A stretch of 64,000 bases of DNA. Origin: Octopus sinensis. Its lineage: Eukaryota. Each line of letters begins with the position of its first letter. The first letter of the stretch is position 1. A program made the position numbers and the translations under genes. Below, piece after piece: positions 11,268 through 24,559 of the stretch. The stretch spans positions 30,256,001 through 30,320,000 of the forward strand of contig NC_042997.1 of NCBI RefSeq assembly GCF_006345805.1, in the 5' to 3' direction. Under the pieces are notes generated by a model. The model searched no databases. It worked only from the letters and a program-made list of their open reading frames with translations, and had not been told where the DNA came from.

Positions 11268-11870
11268 ATTGTCATGTGTGTTGGAACAATATTTATTTCT
11301 TCATTGCCCACATGGAGCTAAACATAGAGGAGACAAACAAGGACAGACAGGGATTAAGTCGATTATATTACTTATTTAATCGACCCCGAAAGTATGAAAG
11401 GCAAAGTCGACCTCGGCGGAATTTGAACTCAGAACGTAGCGGCAGACGAAATACCTATTTCTTTATTACCCACAAGGGGCTAAACACAGAGGGGACAAAC
11501 AAGGACAGACATAGATATTAAGTCGATTACATCGACCCCAGTGCGTAACTGGTACTTAATTTATCGACCCCGAAAGGATGAAAGGCAAAGTCGACCTCGG
11601 CGGAATTTGAACTCAGAACGTAGCGGCATACGAAATACCCATTTCTTTATTACCCACAAGGGGCTAAACATAGAGAAGACAAACATGGACAGACATAGGT
11701 ATTAAGTCGATTATATCGACCCCAGTGCTTAACTGGTACTTAATTTATCGACCCCGAAAGGATGAAAGGCAAAGTCGACCTCGGCGGAATTTGAACTCAC
11801 AACGTAGCGGCAGACGAAATACCGCTAAGTACCTCACCCGGCGTGCTAACGATTCTGCCAGCTCGCCGCC
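11268..11870 (-). mobile_element. SINE family B with three tandem body units
   Basis: aaatacc junctions near 11450, 11634 and 11817, spaced about 184 bp. Confidence 0.85.
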
Positions 11871-12413
11871 TTTATATGTTGGAACAATACTAAACGTGTT
11901 AATGTGTTATGCCTGAGAAATTTAATTAGGGCGACGATTTGTTTCTGTTGAATCATTAATAGAAGAAAAGTCGGCAAACTGAAACACTTCTCACCTCTTA
12001 ATCGTAACGTATTTCTTTCATATTTTCAGGTGCGGAAAGATAACAAGGCTTATGTGTAAAAAAAAAATAGCACTATACAAGTAATTATTGCTTTAAGAGT
12101 AACGTGAGGCAGAAGGCTTAATTTTGGTATGTGAGTTAGATTAGTTTGTTTAACCGTGAGAAGATAAATCCGAAGTTTTGGGGCAGTTACTTCGGCTGAG
12201 AAGAGGGAAAATATTTCACTCTCTAAGATGAAGGCTCAGTCCCGAAACATCTGGTTTCTTTTCTACTTACAACGCACGAATTTATCCACACATACGATAT
12301 TCAATGTATAATTTTCATAATTTTTATATCAAGGCAGAATTACTGACTTCTTAATAAATTATAAAAAAAAAAACTTAGCACAATTTTGTTTTACCAACTG
12401 ATCGGAAAGGTAC

Positions 12414-12574
12414 ATTATTTACATTATTTACATTATTTACATTCGATGAATATTTGTCCTCGTTTGTTGTTAACATAACCCTGGAGGGTATATCAGCCGA
12501 AACGTTGTGTTAACAACAAACAAGATGAGGACAAATATCCGTCGAATGTAAATAATGTAAATAATGTAAATAAT
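12414..12574. repeat. Imperfect inverted repeat (arms about 66-70 bp), Penelope-like fold-back
   Basis: 12414-12479 pairs with 12504-12574. The spacer ends in cagccGAAAC GTT. Confidence 0.8.
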
Positions 12575-13309
12575 TCCTCATCTCTTAAATATAGAACTGT
12601 ATGATCAGTAAGGTGTTGCTATAAAATGTTTTTTTGTTTTTACAACACTTTTTTGTATGCTTTGTTTTAGTGGGGTTACCTGTTAATATGACGGAAAGGA
12701 AAAAAATACACGAGACTTTTCAGGCCAGCCGAATCTGAAGAGAGAAAGGAAACAAAGCGTCATCAAACTCGAGAGTTCTCGTGAGTGCTGGTAACAGAGC
12801 GAATCCGGTAAAAGCACCAAAGGACCAGGTAGTGGGTGTTAAATCGAGAACCGAAATAGGCCAGAAGATGATTTGAATTCCAAATGGAAAGATCCAAATC
12901 AAACTTAGCAAGACATCTCGGACTACACCATTACTATACCGTCAGTTCACTGTCCTAGAATCGTGCTTTATTTGTTGTCCCTTAGAGAGATGAAACGCGA
13001 GTAGACATCGGTGGTATTTCAACCCAAGAAAGAGAGAAGTCAAAATGAACACAAGGCATTTCGCCTGATGCCCTTACGAATCCACCACTTCAAAATCTTA
13101 TCTTAAAGAGTGGGGTTTCGCATTTAATTCAGTAGATGTAATATAAAAGGTCATCTGTAATAACGAAAAGATATATAATTCACGAGATCGTCTAGCCCAT
13201 GGGGTATTTACCTATTGCAAAATACTTACACATTTATTTTATCTAATAGTTAGTCAATTAAAGACATCGCCAGAGTAAATAGACACCCACATTTTATACA
13301 TATATATTC

Positions 13310-13520
13310 TTTATACTTTTATTCTTTTCCTTATTTCTGTCATTTGGCTGCGGCCATGTTGGAGCACAACTCTGAAGGATGTTAGTCGAAAAGATCGACC
13401 CAATGACTTATTCTTTGTAAGCCTAGTACTGACTTATCGTCTCTTTTGCCGCACCGCTAGACTACAGGGACATAAATACACCAGCATCGGTTGTGAAGCG
13501 ATGGTGGGGTGGCAAAAACA
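13310..13520 (-). mobile_element. SINE family C, 3' half
   Basis: gctgcggccatgttggagcac..ccagcatcggttgt matches the copies at 34148 and 48065. Confidence 0.8.
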
Positions 13521-13572
13521 TACACACACACAAATACACACAGACACACACACACAGACACACACACACACA

Positions 13573-13647
<75 letters not shown>

Positions 13648-14194
13648 CGACACGCTTCTTCAAGTTTCAACACTTTCATTCTTCATGAATATGAAGAATA
13701 TGGTGCGTATGTAACTTTCAAACTCATTCATCCAACCACTCTTACATAATGTTAAACGGAAATTAAAACGTTACCCACTAAAGCACCTACTATCTTGAAA
13801 TTAAGTTCTTTCTCAAGCATTTGTTCTACAAATATGTAATGCTTAATGTATTACTATTAATGAGACGCTAAATCATTGTTTCGTATCTTTTTCATTATAT
13901 TCCCAGACCATTATTTGTTCACCATACTGATTTTTGCTTGCATACAGTATGAAAATAAGTAGTCTGGTGCATAGTAAGGTTTATTGCGTAATGATCAACA
14001 ACCGTATATTTTAATATCAGTATCATTAAAATAAACATTAAGGGAAATATATCAAGCAAAATTAATGCGAATAAGGATTTCTCTACGTACAAAATAGTTT
14101 TCCCACGGGAGGCCCAAATCTCCTTGGAATCCTGAAATTTTCCATGGTTAATGAATTATAGCATTAGATAGAAGCGGGTTATTTTTTACCTTTT

Positions 14195-14380
14195 TAATTG
14201 TTTCAGTTATTAGGTTGAGGCCATGCTGGTGCACCAAACCATCTTGAAGAATTTTAGTCGAACGAATCGTCCTCAGCACTTGTACTTTTAAAATTTGGTG
14301 CTTATTCTACCGATCTCTTTTGGCCGAACTAATAGGTTACGAATACCTCTAACTCTGGGTGTCAAGTAATGGAAGAACAC
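14195..14380 (-). mobile_element. SINE family C, degenerate 3' half
   Basis: ggccatgctggtgcacc..ttattctaccgatctcttttggccgaac. Confidence 0.6.
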
Positions 14381-14431
14381 ACACACTCGCACACTCATAT
14401 ACACTATCCATATATATATGATGAGCTGATA

Positions 14432-14667
14432 CACCGCCGTTTTGTGCTAAACTGTTATTACGACGAACCTCGTCTAATATGTGGTACTTGGTGAAGAATG
14501 GAGTTTGGTATAGCTACTCTCATTTGCACCTCTTGCCGTGAGGTAGGTTCATCTGGGACCCTTGACAGGAAGATGTCCAGCTTTGATTTAAAAACCGCTA
14601 CATCTACTTTGTGCAAGTTCCTCAGACTCTTTGGGAGAATATTAAAAAGCTGTGGGCCCTTGAAACC

Positions 14668-14670
<3 letters not shown>
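14432..14670 (-). mobile_element. CR1-group LINE 3' end
   Basis: GFKGPQLFNILPKSLRNL..FKSKLDIFLSRVPDEP is a typical CR1-group ORF2 C-terminus. Confidence 0.75.
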
Positions 14671-14738
<68 letters not shown>

Positions 14739-14741
<3 letters not shown>

Positions 14742-15031
14742 GAGGCGCAATGGCCCAGTGGTTAGGGCAGTGGACTCGCGGTTTCGATTCCCAGACCGGG
14801 CGTTGTGAGTGTTTATTGAGCGAAAACGCGTAAAGCTCCACGAGACTCCAGCAGGGGGTGGTGGCGATCCCTGCTCTACTCTTTCACCACTCTTTCTCTC
14901 ACTCTTTTTTCTGTTGGCCTGCTCGCTTAGGCAGCGGGGTGGCGACATTTGAAGGCTAAAACAATGCGAAGCGCATTGTGACCAGCGATGTGTAGCAACA
15001 TCTGATAGCCTGGTCGGTCACGGCTATCACG

Positions 15032-15035
<4 letters not shown>
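14739..15035 (+). mobile_element. SINE family A, alternative-tail subfamily
   Basis: Same head as 4899 with a small deletion. The 3' part differs (gcggggtggcgacatttgaagg..cacggtga). Confidence 0.85.
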
Positions 15036-15065
<30 letters not shown>

Positions 15066-16172
15066 ATATAATATGTGACAAGTATTCGGTTGCCATTATA
15101 AAACTCCGTGTTTCGGATGTCAGGGCGGAAAATCTGCTCCGGCACCTCGTCCGTTATTAAGACAAACAAAAATGCTATGAAGATGACCGTTAGATAAAGG
15201 GAAAATAGCCGAAGGGGAGAAAGTAAAAAAAACGATCATAGAATCCGCGTATGCGCGCATGTGCATACATAGACATGCGTGCACGTACATGTGCCTATAT
15301 GCGTATGCTCATTCACACTCGTGTGAAACACAAACATGTACACCCATACACACGCACACACGCACACACCCACACACACGTATATACCCATACGTACACA
15401 AATATGTTCATATACACCTCTCTCTCTCTCTCTCTCTCTCTCTCCCAGTATTTATCTCACTACTTTGTTGTTTTTATCCCTTCATTTCCTTTTTTATCTT
15501 TCTGCTGTGTCTTTATTTTCTCTCTTACTCCTCTTCTTTTTCTCTCCAACGCAATTCCAGAATTGCATCGAAGTAGAGATCAGATATCAGACTCCACCCG
15601 GTATATGGTTTGTGGTTAGAACTTAATTACTTTTTGTTAAAAGTTAAACTTTAGAAATATAGGAAATAAAAGCTGATGCCGTGGCCATTGCGTGTGTAAA
15701 TTTTCATTAGACAAAAGGTTCACAATCCACAGAAAGTCGACTGAGAAATTAGAAGCTTCACTTAGTCTATTGCTGCTATCATCGCCACCCAAGTATCATC
15801 ACCACATCTATCTTGGATGCAACAGTTATTGTGGCTGAGACATAGGACATAATTATAGCCATCGCAGATAGAGACGCTAATGGCTCAGAGGGACAGATTC
15901 ATCGCTGATGAAGACTTATTCCATTATTATGTATTTATCAACCAACAAGAACATTGCTTCTCGGTTGTTTTATGCTAATCATTATCATCAGAGAGGAAAA
16001 TAAGCTTTGGGAACTTGTGGTAGGATAAAAATTGTGGGGTTGTTTCTGATCACCTCTCTCTAAACTTTAGCGGAAATCTAGAGCACCATTTTCCTGCATC
16101 CCTACTTAACATGTTCATCACTTGCTATGATCATTATATTATATGTTATATACATGTGTATAGATAGATAGC

Positions 16173-16275
<103 letters not shown>

Positions 16276-16405
16276 GGAATGGCATCGTTGAGTTCTGCAG
16301 GCTGTGGAGAGCACATTAGAAGGAATGAATACCAGCACACACACATACATACATTACATATATAATACATACATATATGCATACATACACACACACACAC
16401 ACATA

Positions 16406-16455
<50 letters not shown>

Positions 16456-16511
16456 GTATGCTGTTCCGTGATGGCAAGATCAACAAAAAGTATCCCGTCT
16501 TGTGAGGCACA

Positions 16512-17080
16512 ATATATGTTTTTATGTGTTACTATTAGTTTCACGTGCTGAGAGCATGCCAGACAGTATTATTTTTTCAACACGTCTAGTGTTCTAGCAC
16601 GATCATCAGGCACTACTCACACTCTATAACGAACTAAACACAGGACGATAGGATTAGATTATTTAAAGATTGGATTTTGTGAGATCCGAAATTTTCAGCG
16701 GTTGTGAGCATATGACTAAGGTCATGTTGACGAATTGGAAAGTACCACCCTCTCCAGATTGAACAACTGTACCACAGACTCTAACCCACTATTTTTTCAA
16801 CCTTCTATTTTACATTTTAAGGGGAAATAACTTTAATTTCCCCCTTTTGCTTCTTTCTGTTTTCTTTTTCGTTTTCCAGTTTTTCAACCTTCCACCTTTT
16901 TTATCTACTTCTGTCACGCCTTTTCTTGCTTTTTCTCTCATCTTATCATCCCATTTTTAGTTTGCTATGCCATGTGGGCAGTGCCTGATGATTGTGCTAC
17001 GAGACCAGAAATGTTAAAAAAATATGGTCTGGCATGCTCTCAGCACATGAAACTAATAGTAGTACATAAAAAACATATTT
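16512..17080. repeat. Two inverted copies (about 105 bp) of a dispersed repeat
   Basis: 16512-16620 is approximately the reverse complement of 16972-17080. A third copy lies at 53290-53410. Confidence 0.75.
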
Positions 17081-17984
17081 TACTTATTAAATTATACATG
17101 CATACACACACACATATATATATATCTTTATACACACATATACACATATACAACTATACACATATGCATATATTATTTTCTCTGTCGGTGTGTAGAGAAC
17201 TGTAGTTTCTAATATAACCTTTCCTAATTTCAGATGGTGGAGTACAATCTGAGGGAAATTAGGTGTTAAAATTCAGCAGGCCACTGGCATATGCAGAAAC
17301 CATCCCACGCTGACTCCAAAAAATGTTTGGTATTGTCATGTAGTCCTAGATAAATATTAGTCGAAAATTTATGCTAAAAGGCAGGCATTGCACTCCTAAC
17401 ACTCCCGCCGTTTGTATATAAAGCATTGTACTGTACAATGTCGCTTTTATTTAAGGATACGATCTGTAAGATTTTGAACTGCATTCTTCTGCATGTTTGA
17501 GCAATAACATAAAGTGTTGTGTGAGTTTACCAAACCTTGACCTGTTTGTTGGTAAAAGTGTTTGGCGTTAGGTCTGCGATAGTTACAATGTCAGTTCTAA
17601 TGTTAATGTAAATACATAGACTTCAGACAAAAACATATAAACTAAATGTGTAAATATGTAACAAAACAAAAACAGTCTCATAATAGTTTTAATTTCTTTT
17701 TAATTTGAAATTATATATTTTTTTATCTGCCTATAGTTTATCGGATTTTTAAAGTATAGTTTCGCGAAATTCTGGCCTTTTAATGGCTGTAAATAAGTTT
17801 CCAAATTCATGAACTTGTTCAACGTTAATGTCTTTGAGAAAGTTGAAATCGTTCGCTAAGTGATGAGAGGGACCTGGTTTATTGATGAAATTCCATTTTG
17901 TTCCTGAAATTAATTACTAATCTATTTACAAAGGACAAGATTTACTGAAAAGATAGCTATTGATACATGTATATGTACACATGG

Positions 17985-18345
17985 GTGTGGATATTTAGTA
18001 AAAAGTTTGCATCTCTCTACCACATGGTTCTGAGTTCATTCTTAGGACAAGTGTCTTCTACTATAGCGTCGGGCCAACCAAAGCACTGTGAGTGAATTTA
18101 GTAGACGGAAAGTGAAAGAAACGCATCATACATGTATATACGTCTATGTGTGTGTGTATTTGTGTCTGTGTTTGTCCCCCACCAGAGCTTGACAATTGGT
18201 GTTGGTGTGTTTACGTCCCCGTAAATTAGCGGTTCGACAAAAAGAAACTCATAGAATAAGTACAAGGCTTAAAAGTCTATTCCTCAAGGCGATGCCCCAG
18301 CATGGCTGCAATCTGATGACTGAAACAAGTAAAAGATAAAAGTTA
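17985..18345 (+). mobile_element. SINE family C
   Basis: ccacatggttctgagttc..ggacaagtgtcttctactatag..cagcatggctgcaatc..gaaacaagtaaaaga. Confidence 0.8.
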
Positions 18346-18393
18346 AAATATACACATGCAGACACACACACACATACACACACGGATATATAC

Positions 18394-18558
18394 ATGTATG
18401 TATGTATGTATGTATGTATGTATGTATGTATGTATGTATGTATGTATGTATGTATGTATGTATGTATGTATGTATGTATGTATGCATGTATTTATGAATG
18501 TGTGTTTGTATGTATGTATGTATGTATGTATGTATGTATGTATGTATGCATGTATGTA
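18394..18558. repeat. (TATG)n microsatellite
   Basis: Directly visible. Confidence 0.95.
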
Positions 18559-20582
18559 TACAAATAAATCAAATGTGAGGAAAGGGATATAAATCGCCTT
18601 TTGAACGAAGAATAAACGAATGCTTTGGGCAATTGCATCTGTCTCCAAATGAAAAGGGGCATAGTCTTAATGATCACGAATTCTTCGAAATTGGCATACC
18701 TTCATGAAAATATATAGTTTGATTGTCTGAAGAGAAGAGAACAACTTTTGACTCGTATTTCTACCGCAATAGGCATTTTGAGTTTTGTAGCTGTTCTACC
18801 TTGTATCCAGCCTTGGGAGAAAGGAAGGCTCTCAAACCCTCGCTTCGGGGCCTCTAAGACAGTTGATATGAAGAGATGAAGTTATTCTCAGATCGGGTCC
18901 TAGCTCGAATGCTTGTATTAATACACTCCACTTAACGCTTTCAATGGCCAAATGACAGTGTTAAAACGGGTGACGGACTATGTCTGTACTACCCACGATA
19001 GAAGTAGCATTATGAATTTATCTGTTTCCTGTCCTTGTATTTTCCTGATTAGGTATGTGCACAGGATTCTCAGTTCAGTTTATTTTGCTTCATAATAGCA
19101 TTAATATTATTTAAAGGGAAATGGATATCATAATACATAGTTCCTCTTGCGAGGCATTGTCTACTCAAATGCAATTTGCATAAATGAATATATTTTTAAC
19201 ACACATTAATTTCTGTTTTGTCTTTGTTGTTGCATTATGGAACAGCACATATTTTACCTTTATTATGGTTTTTAATTGACAAGAAATAAATCTGAAAAAT
19301 CAATTATAATGCATTTTCAAATATTAGTTATTATCCAATATTTTTGTTTTACTCACATGATTATTTCTAGTCAGTTCCTTAATGTTTCGTGAATTAAATG
19401 CTAAGATTATCTTAACTAATGTAGTTCCTGCAGTTAATTTTTATAAGGGGTTTCTGTAAATATTTTAAGCCAGAAATTTTAACTTTTCTTCTTTTTGCTT
19501 CTTTTTCCTTTACTAGCTCAATATGCCGATTTCTCCAATATATAATTAGAGAGCAAGCTTCTCAACAAAACCATATACTGCATAATATTAATACTTTCGT
19601 ATTAATTTATCAGTAGCACCAAAGTCAACACTAAGCAAGGTAAATTTACTCAGAAACAGTGCAGCTCACAAGGAAGAATTTTTCAGCCTAAAATCAATTT
19701 CTCCAATGAAATTCTCAAATTTTCCCGATAAGAATATTAATTTTTAACCAATAAACAGATGATCTTAAGTAATTCTCGCAACTTCGACAAGTGTTGTAAA
19801 AGTTAAAGCTCTGCTTATGAGTTTATAAAGAAACTAAATTTGTCCGGAGTATCCCAAATAATCAAAATATCCGAAATATTAAAAATAACCAAAATTATAT
19901 TGAAAACTTTTTCTTAGCGTATATTTAATTCTAGTTTCTTACAAATGACTGTTAACATTACATAAACAATTACTTCTTTTAGTAAAAAGCAAAATATTTA
20001 TTCGCTCGAGGTGATGTTAACACCAACTTATCTACATCCACAAATTTTAACAACATTAAACCAAGCATTTCATTTTTGCAAATAAGTTTTTTTAAAGTTT
20101 AACAAGCAGCTTTATATATTTATGCAAAAAAATTCCCGCCAAAACTGTTGATTTCTCATATGCAAGAGACTTTATACACAACATTCACTAGTGTATAGAT
20201 TTTCGCTTCTGTTGTGTTTATATTTAAGAATTTAAATTATTTTATCGTTCAACGTTATCATTCATATGCTTGAAAAAATATACAAGTCGCAACATTCCAT
20301 TTCATTTTGCTACAATTAAATATTTGTAATTAGTTTTTATTTCTAAATATTTTTTTAAAATTTTGTTTCAAATGAGGTTAATATACTCTTGTTTGTTCTT
20401 GTTTCGTTTTGTCGGACTTAAACTTTGAAAAGTTATGTCCTATATTTGTATATTAATAGAAAAAAAGAATGTGAAACAATCTTAACTGTTTATTTGTTCC
20501 CATAATAATCGTTCCTCGCTATATCTATATTTCCTTTGCTCGGGAAAGTTTAGATTAAAATAACAGTTGTATCATTGCAAAT

Positions 20583-20648
<66 letters not shown>

Positions 20649-20689
20649 ACACTCACATATGAATGTTTGGTGGTGAAATTCAGGTTACT

Positions 20690-21130
20690 GATTTTATTGG
20701 TCGTGGTGACGAGGACCTCGACGACAACGATGGAGAACGTGTTAGCTGAGAATTCTTATTAATGATTTTTCCCTATCAATGTTTATTCTCTAATTCTGGG
20801 ATTAAAGATCTTGTGATATTGCCGTTTTTATCTAGGTCACCCATGGGAGCAAACAAACAAGGTCAATGACATTCATTGCGTATAGATTTTTAATACAGTC
20901 CTGAACATATTTTGAAATTCCCAGTCTTTTATTCAGACAGAAGTCATTGAGAACCACATTGTCGAATGTGTGTTCTATGTCGAGCAACAGTCTAGAGTCT
21001 AGGAACTCACAACCATTTTCTATCTATGGACCTCTTTGATTATTATTTTATTCTAGTGAAGTCCCATAGTCATTCAATGTTTAAAGACTAGTTTAATAAT
21101 AACTTCTTTCAAAATTCCTATTTTGTTATT
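20690..21130 (-). mobile_element. Decayed LINE RT relic (L1/Tx1- or RTE-like)
   Basis: LLLDIEHTFDNV..LNKRLGISKYVQDCIKNLY, then FSIVVVEVLV, resembling the DxEKAFD and LFNIVLEVL motifs. Confidence 0.55.
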
Positions 21131-21224
21131 CACGCATTAAGTTGTGTAGGTTGAACTATGTAAAAGGTTAGAGAAAGTAATCTAGCTGCTTTTTGCAATA
21201 CATATCAATACATACATTTAAAGC

Positions 21225-21347
21225 AAAATTTTCAGGGACCCTTAAAATATTATTGCGGATCCCAAAATTAATATTTTGTTGCGTGGACCCCCCAAAAATC
21301 TTATATGGCTCCTCAGGGGCTACATGCACCCCGGTTAAGTATCACTG
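21225..21347. mobile_element. Possible hAT-type MITE end
   Basis: Ends ccccggttaagtatcactg, resembling hAT termini. The other end was not found. Confidence 0.3.
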
Positions 21348-21463
21348 GTCTATACGCTCATTGAGAGTAACTTATAATATACAACACAATGCATATTTAT
21401 TTTATAAAATACACAGCAGTTGCTTGAAGTCAATCTACCGTGCATTTTCTCTGGTCTACTAAA

Positions 21464-22032
21464 TATTGGGTAGTCCGGAAAGTTCGTACCGATTTATAGT
21501 AGCTTACCTTTCGACTTATTTTAGAACATGGCTGAGTCCATAAAACAGGATTTGACTACACCTCCATTTAGAGCATAGTTTAAGCTATCTTTTCGTAGAA
21601 GAAGGTTTATGTTCCTATAACCTGTGTTAATTCTGTAACCCTTTAAAATGGAAGATGAGAAAGTTCTTTTTCGGCACTTGATGCTTTGGGAACCAGACAA
21701 AAATTGCTGCAGCTCGGCTAGAAAGTGTTACCCTACCCTCCATTTTCATCAGATATTGCTCCTTCGGATTTCCACTTATTCAGGTCTCTACAGAATAGTC
21801 TTAAAGGTAAAAATTTCAATTCCTTGGATGATGTAAAAAGATACCTTGATGAATTCTTTACCATGAAACCACCTCAATTCTGGGAAGAGAGTATTTTCAA
21901 GTTAAAGGAAAGATAGAGACGCATTGTGCAACAAAATGGTTCATATTTGTTTGATTAAAAATGTAATGGCAAGTATTTATTGACCTTTTCTTTCCTTTAA
22001 AAATCGGCTAGAACTTTCCGGACAAACCAATA
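21464..22032 (+). mobile_element. Internally deleted mariner element
   Basis: Imperfect TIRs (ttgggtagtccggaaagttc / gaactttccggacaaaccaa) with TA TSDs. MEDEKVLFRHLMLWE is joined to LPYPPFSSDIAPSDFHLFRSL. Confidence 0.9.
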
Positions 22033-22600
22033 ATTTCACTATTCCAGGATGCCAGAAACATTTATTAAAGCTATTATCTGTTTAGCATTCAGGTTATCCT
22101 GTCCAATGTAATGTTGATTTATTCATATTATTTTGAATTGATCATGGCTTATCTCATAGCTCTAAGATTTCGATGATGTGATTGTTTATTTTCCCTATGA
22201 TATTGCAGCATAAGTGTATGAGGCATGATCTGGCCAGGTTGAACATAAAACAGGTAGAATATTTTGGCCAGATACGGCCTAAATACTAAACGATTAATGA
22301 ATTTATGCTCTTTTAGAATAGAAACGCCTTAAAATACTATGCAGTATAAAAACCTCGAAGCGAATTAATTTAGGACGTTGATTTTCTTTCACCTATTGTG
22401 GGTTCTGACAATACATTCCAAGGTGCAAGAATGGTCTATTACATGAAATTATGTTCTTCACTATTTTAGAATTAACTACTAAGGATTTAATATAGGGCAT
22501 TATCAGCATTGATTTTAGTAGGACAGATGTAACAAGTCTGCTACCAAGATTGGCACTACTTATCTCTGGGAGCACCAATTACATTATAGAGCACTTTATG

Positions 22601-22822
22601 TACAGTAATTTCTCACCATATCACGGTTCACCTATCGCGGTTCACCTATCGCGGTTCACCTATCGCGGTTTATTATTTAAGCTTGCGCCGATTCCTTCGT
22701 GTTCTTGTTTTGCATTTATAATAAGATAAATATATACAAATTATAAAAATAATACAAAAATATACAGTACTATCGTGGGGGGGGGGGGACGCAACACTCG
22801 CGATAGTCGAGGGATTACTGTA
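22601..22822. mobile_element. pogo/Tigger-like MITE with internal 14-bp triplication
   Basis: TA-cagtaatttctcaccatatcacgg and cgcgatagtcgagggattactg-TA. cggttcacctatcg occurs three times. Confidence 0.7.
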
Positions 22823-24051
22823 CTACAAGTGCTTTTCTTATTTTACCTGTGTCATTTTACCACCACAAGCTATGTCAGTCACTCGGCCCTTATAGATTAG
22901 CCTGTTTTACTGATGCCATGAAAAAGCTTTTATTTTTCATCATAAACATCAAACTTAATTAAAATAATTCACTAAGTTAGACAGTAAAAAAAGTGCCTCC
23001 ATTTGGTATTCGGTCCCTGATAACTTACCCTGTGAAAATAAAATAGTATGATTCATCCACGAACAATTTACGGTACCAGATTTGAAAGAAAATTACTAGC
23101 AATCTGTAGCATAACCGGTAAAGAAATAGATATGTCGTCAGTCAAGATCCTTTTGTTGGGGAAGAAATCTATTACTCTTTCTCTCTTAAATTTGTTTTTA
23201 AAGTTGCTAATGTTTTCTTTATTTACTGGGGGACTGGAGCTTTAGATATGTAGCATTATAGACAGAAAACTATATGACTGTTTAGAACTAAAATCCGAAT
23301 GGATATTTGACCAGGACAAATCTTAGTTCCTATAAATCCAAATAGAAATTTGACCAGGACACATCGTTCCTATGAATCCGAATGGAAAATAGTTTTGCAT
23401 TTATAATATTGAAACCAAAATAATTAGCAGATTGTTCTAAGACATCTGTTTGAATACCAGGTAAATATGATATCAGAAATCAGAGACACTATGTAAACTA
23501 TTTAGGTTCGTTCGGCCTAAAACAAAATAAAACTTGTTTTATGATATATTTATTCTGTAATTCAAGAGAAATTTGGCGACGAATTCTCACAGGTCCAATA
23601 CTGCATTAAAAAAATTCTGCATTTAGCAAGATTACAGATTGGACAGTAAAAGAAACATGTAATTCATACAATAAACAAGGAGGACACAATGTGGTAGGCA
23701 ACTGAAATTATGTAAATAGACTTAACCTGGTGCAATAGATATGACGAGTGGCCGACTGCCTAAAGGCAATAAATCAACTTTATAGCTACACTTCAAAAAC
23801 AACAGCAACAACTATGAAAGCAAACTGGAAAATAACTAGCATACTAGAATAATCTGGCAACTAGTCATTTGAAATTGATGCAAAAGTATAATTTTTGTCA
23901 TCACATTAAAGATAAGAACTTAAATTAAATTTCAGCCGGAATGGACAGTTATAAACCCAAAAGTGGAATGCAGAAGCCTCGTGTGGCACGTCCCTGTGTT
24001 TTCAGGAAAGTGGAAGTATTCAAAAGACTCTAGTGTTTTAGTTGACGGTCT

Positions 24052-24292
24052 AAGCTGCGGCGAGCTGGCAGAAACGTTAGCACGCTGGGCGAAATGCTTA
24101 CCGGTATTTCGGCTGCATTACGTTGTGAGTTCAAATTCCGCCGAGGTCGACTTTGCCTTTCATCCTTTCGGGGTCGATAAATTAAGTACCAGTTACGCAC
24201 TGGGGTCGATGTAATCGACTTTAATCCGTTTATCTGTTCTTGTTTGTCCCCTCTGTGTTTAGCCCCTTGTGGGTAATAAAGAAATAGGTATT
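24052..24292 (+). mobile_element. SINE family B, single unit
   Basis: gcggcgagctggcagaaacgttagc..gtgggtaataaagaaataggta. Confidence 0.9.
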
Positions 24293-24559
24293 CAGTGTCA
24301 TTTGCTTTTAAATGAAAACCTCAAATCCCATTTACAATTATCTTATCTCTATAAGGAACTATTTACGACATCAGAGAAAATCCATTAACAACAGTTTATT
24401 TCAGAATTAATTAAAAACACATACAAACAAAAAGAGATACTCAAATATAATTCGAAAGCTTATACAAATTTTATGTAAATAATTTATTATCCCCTCCCCT
24501 AAAGACATCCATTAAATTATTTTATGAATTGTGAGGAACTTTTTAAAGTTTGTGTTGGA

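Noticed and set aside
20133-20145. E2F-like site TTCCCGCCAAA
   Set aside because: A single short motif with no associated promoter or first exon.
20689-20745. Attractive 57-nt exon (LTRSPSLSSRSSSPRPIKS on minus, or VTDFIGRGDEDLDDNDGERVS on plus)
   Set aside because: A third frame (FSIVVVEVLV) continues the adjacent LINE RT relic at about the expected position, which is the simpler explanation.
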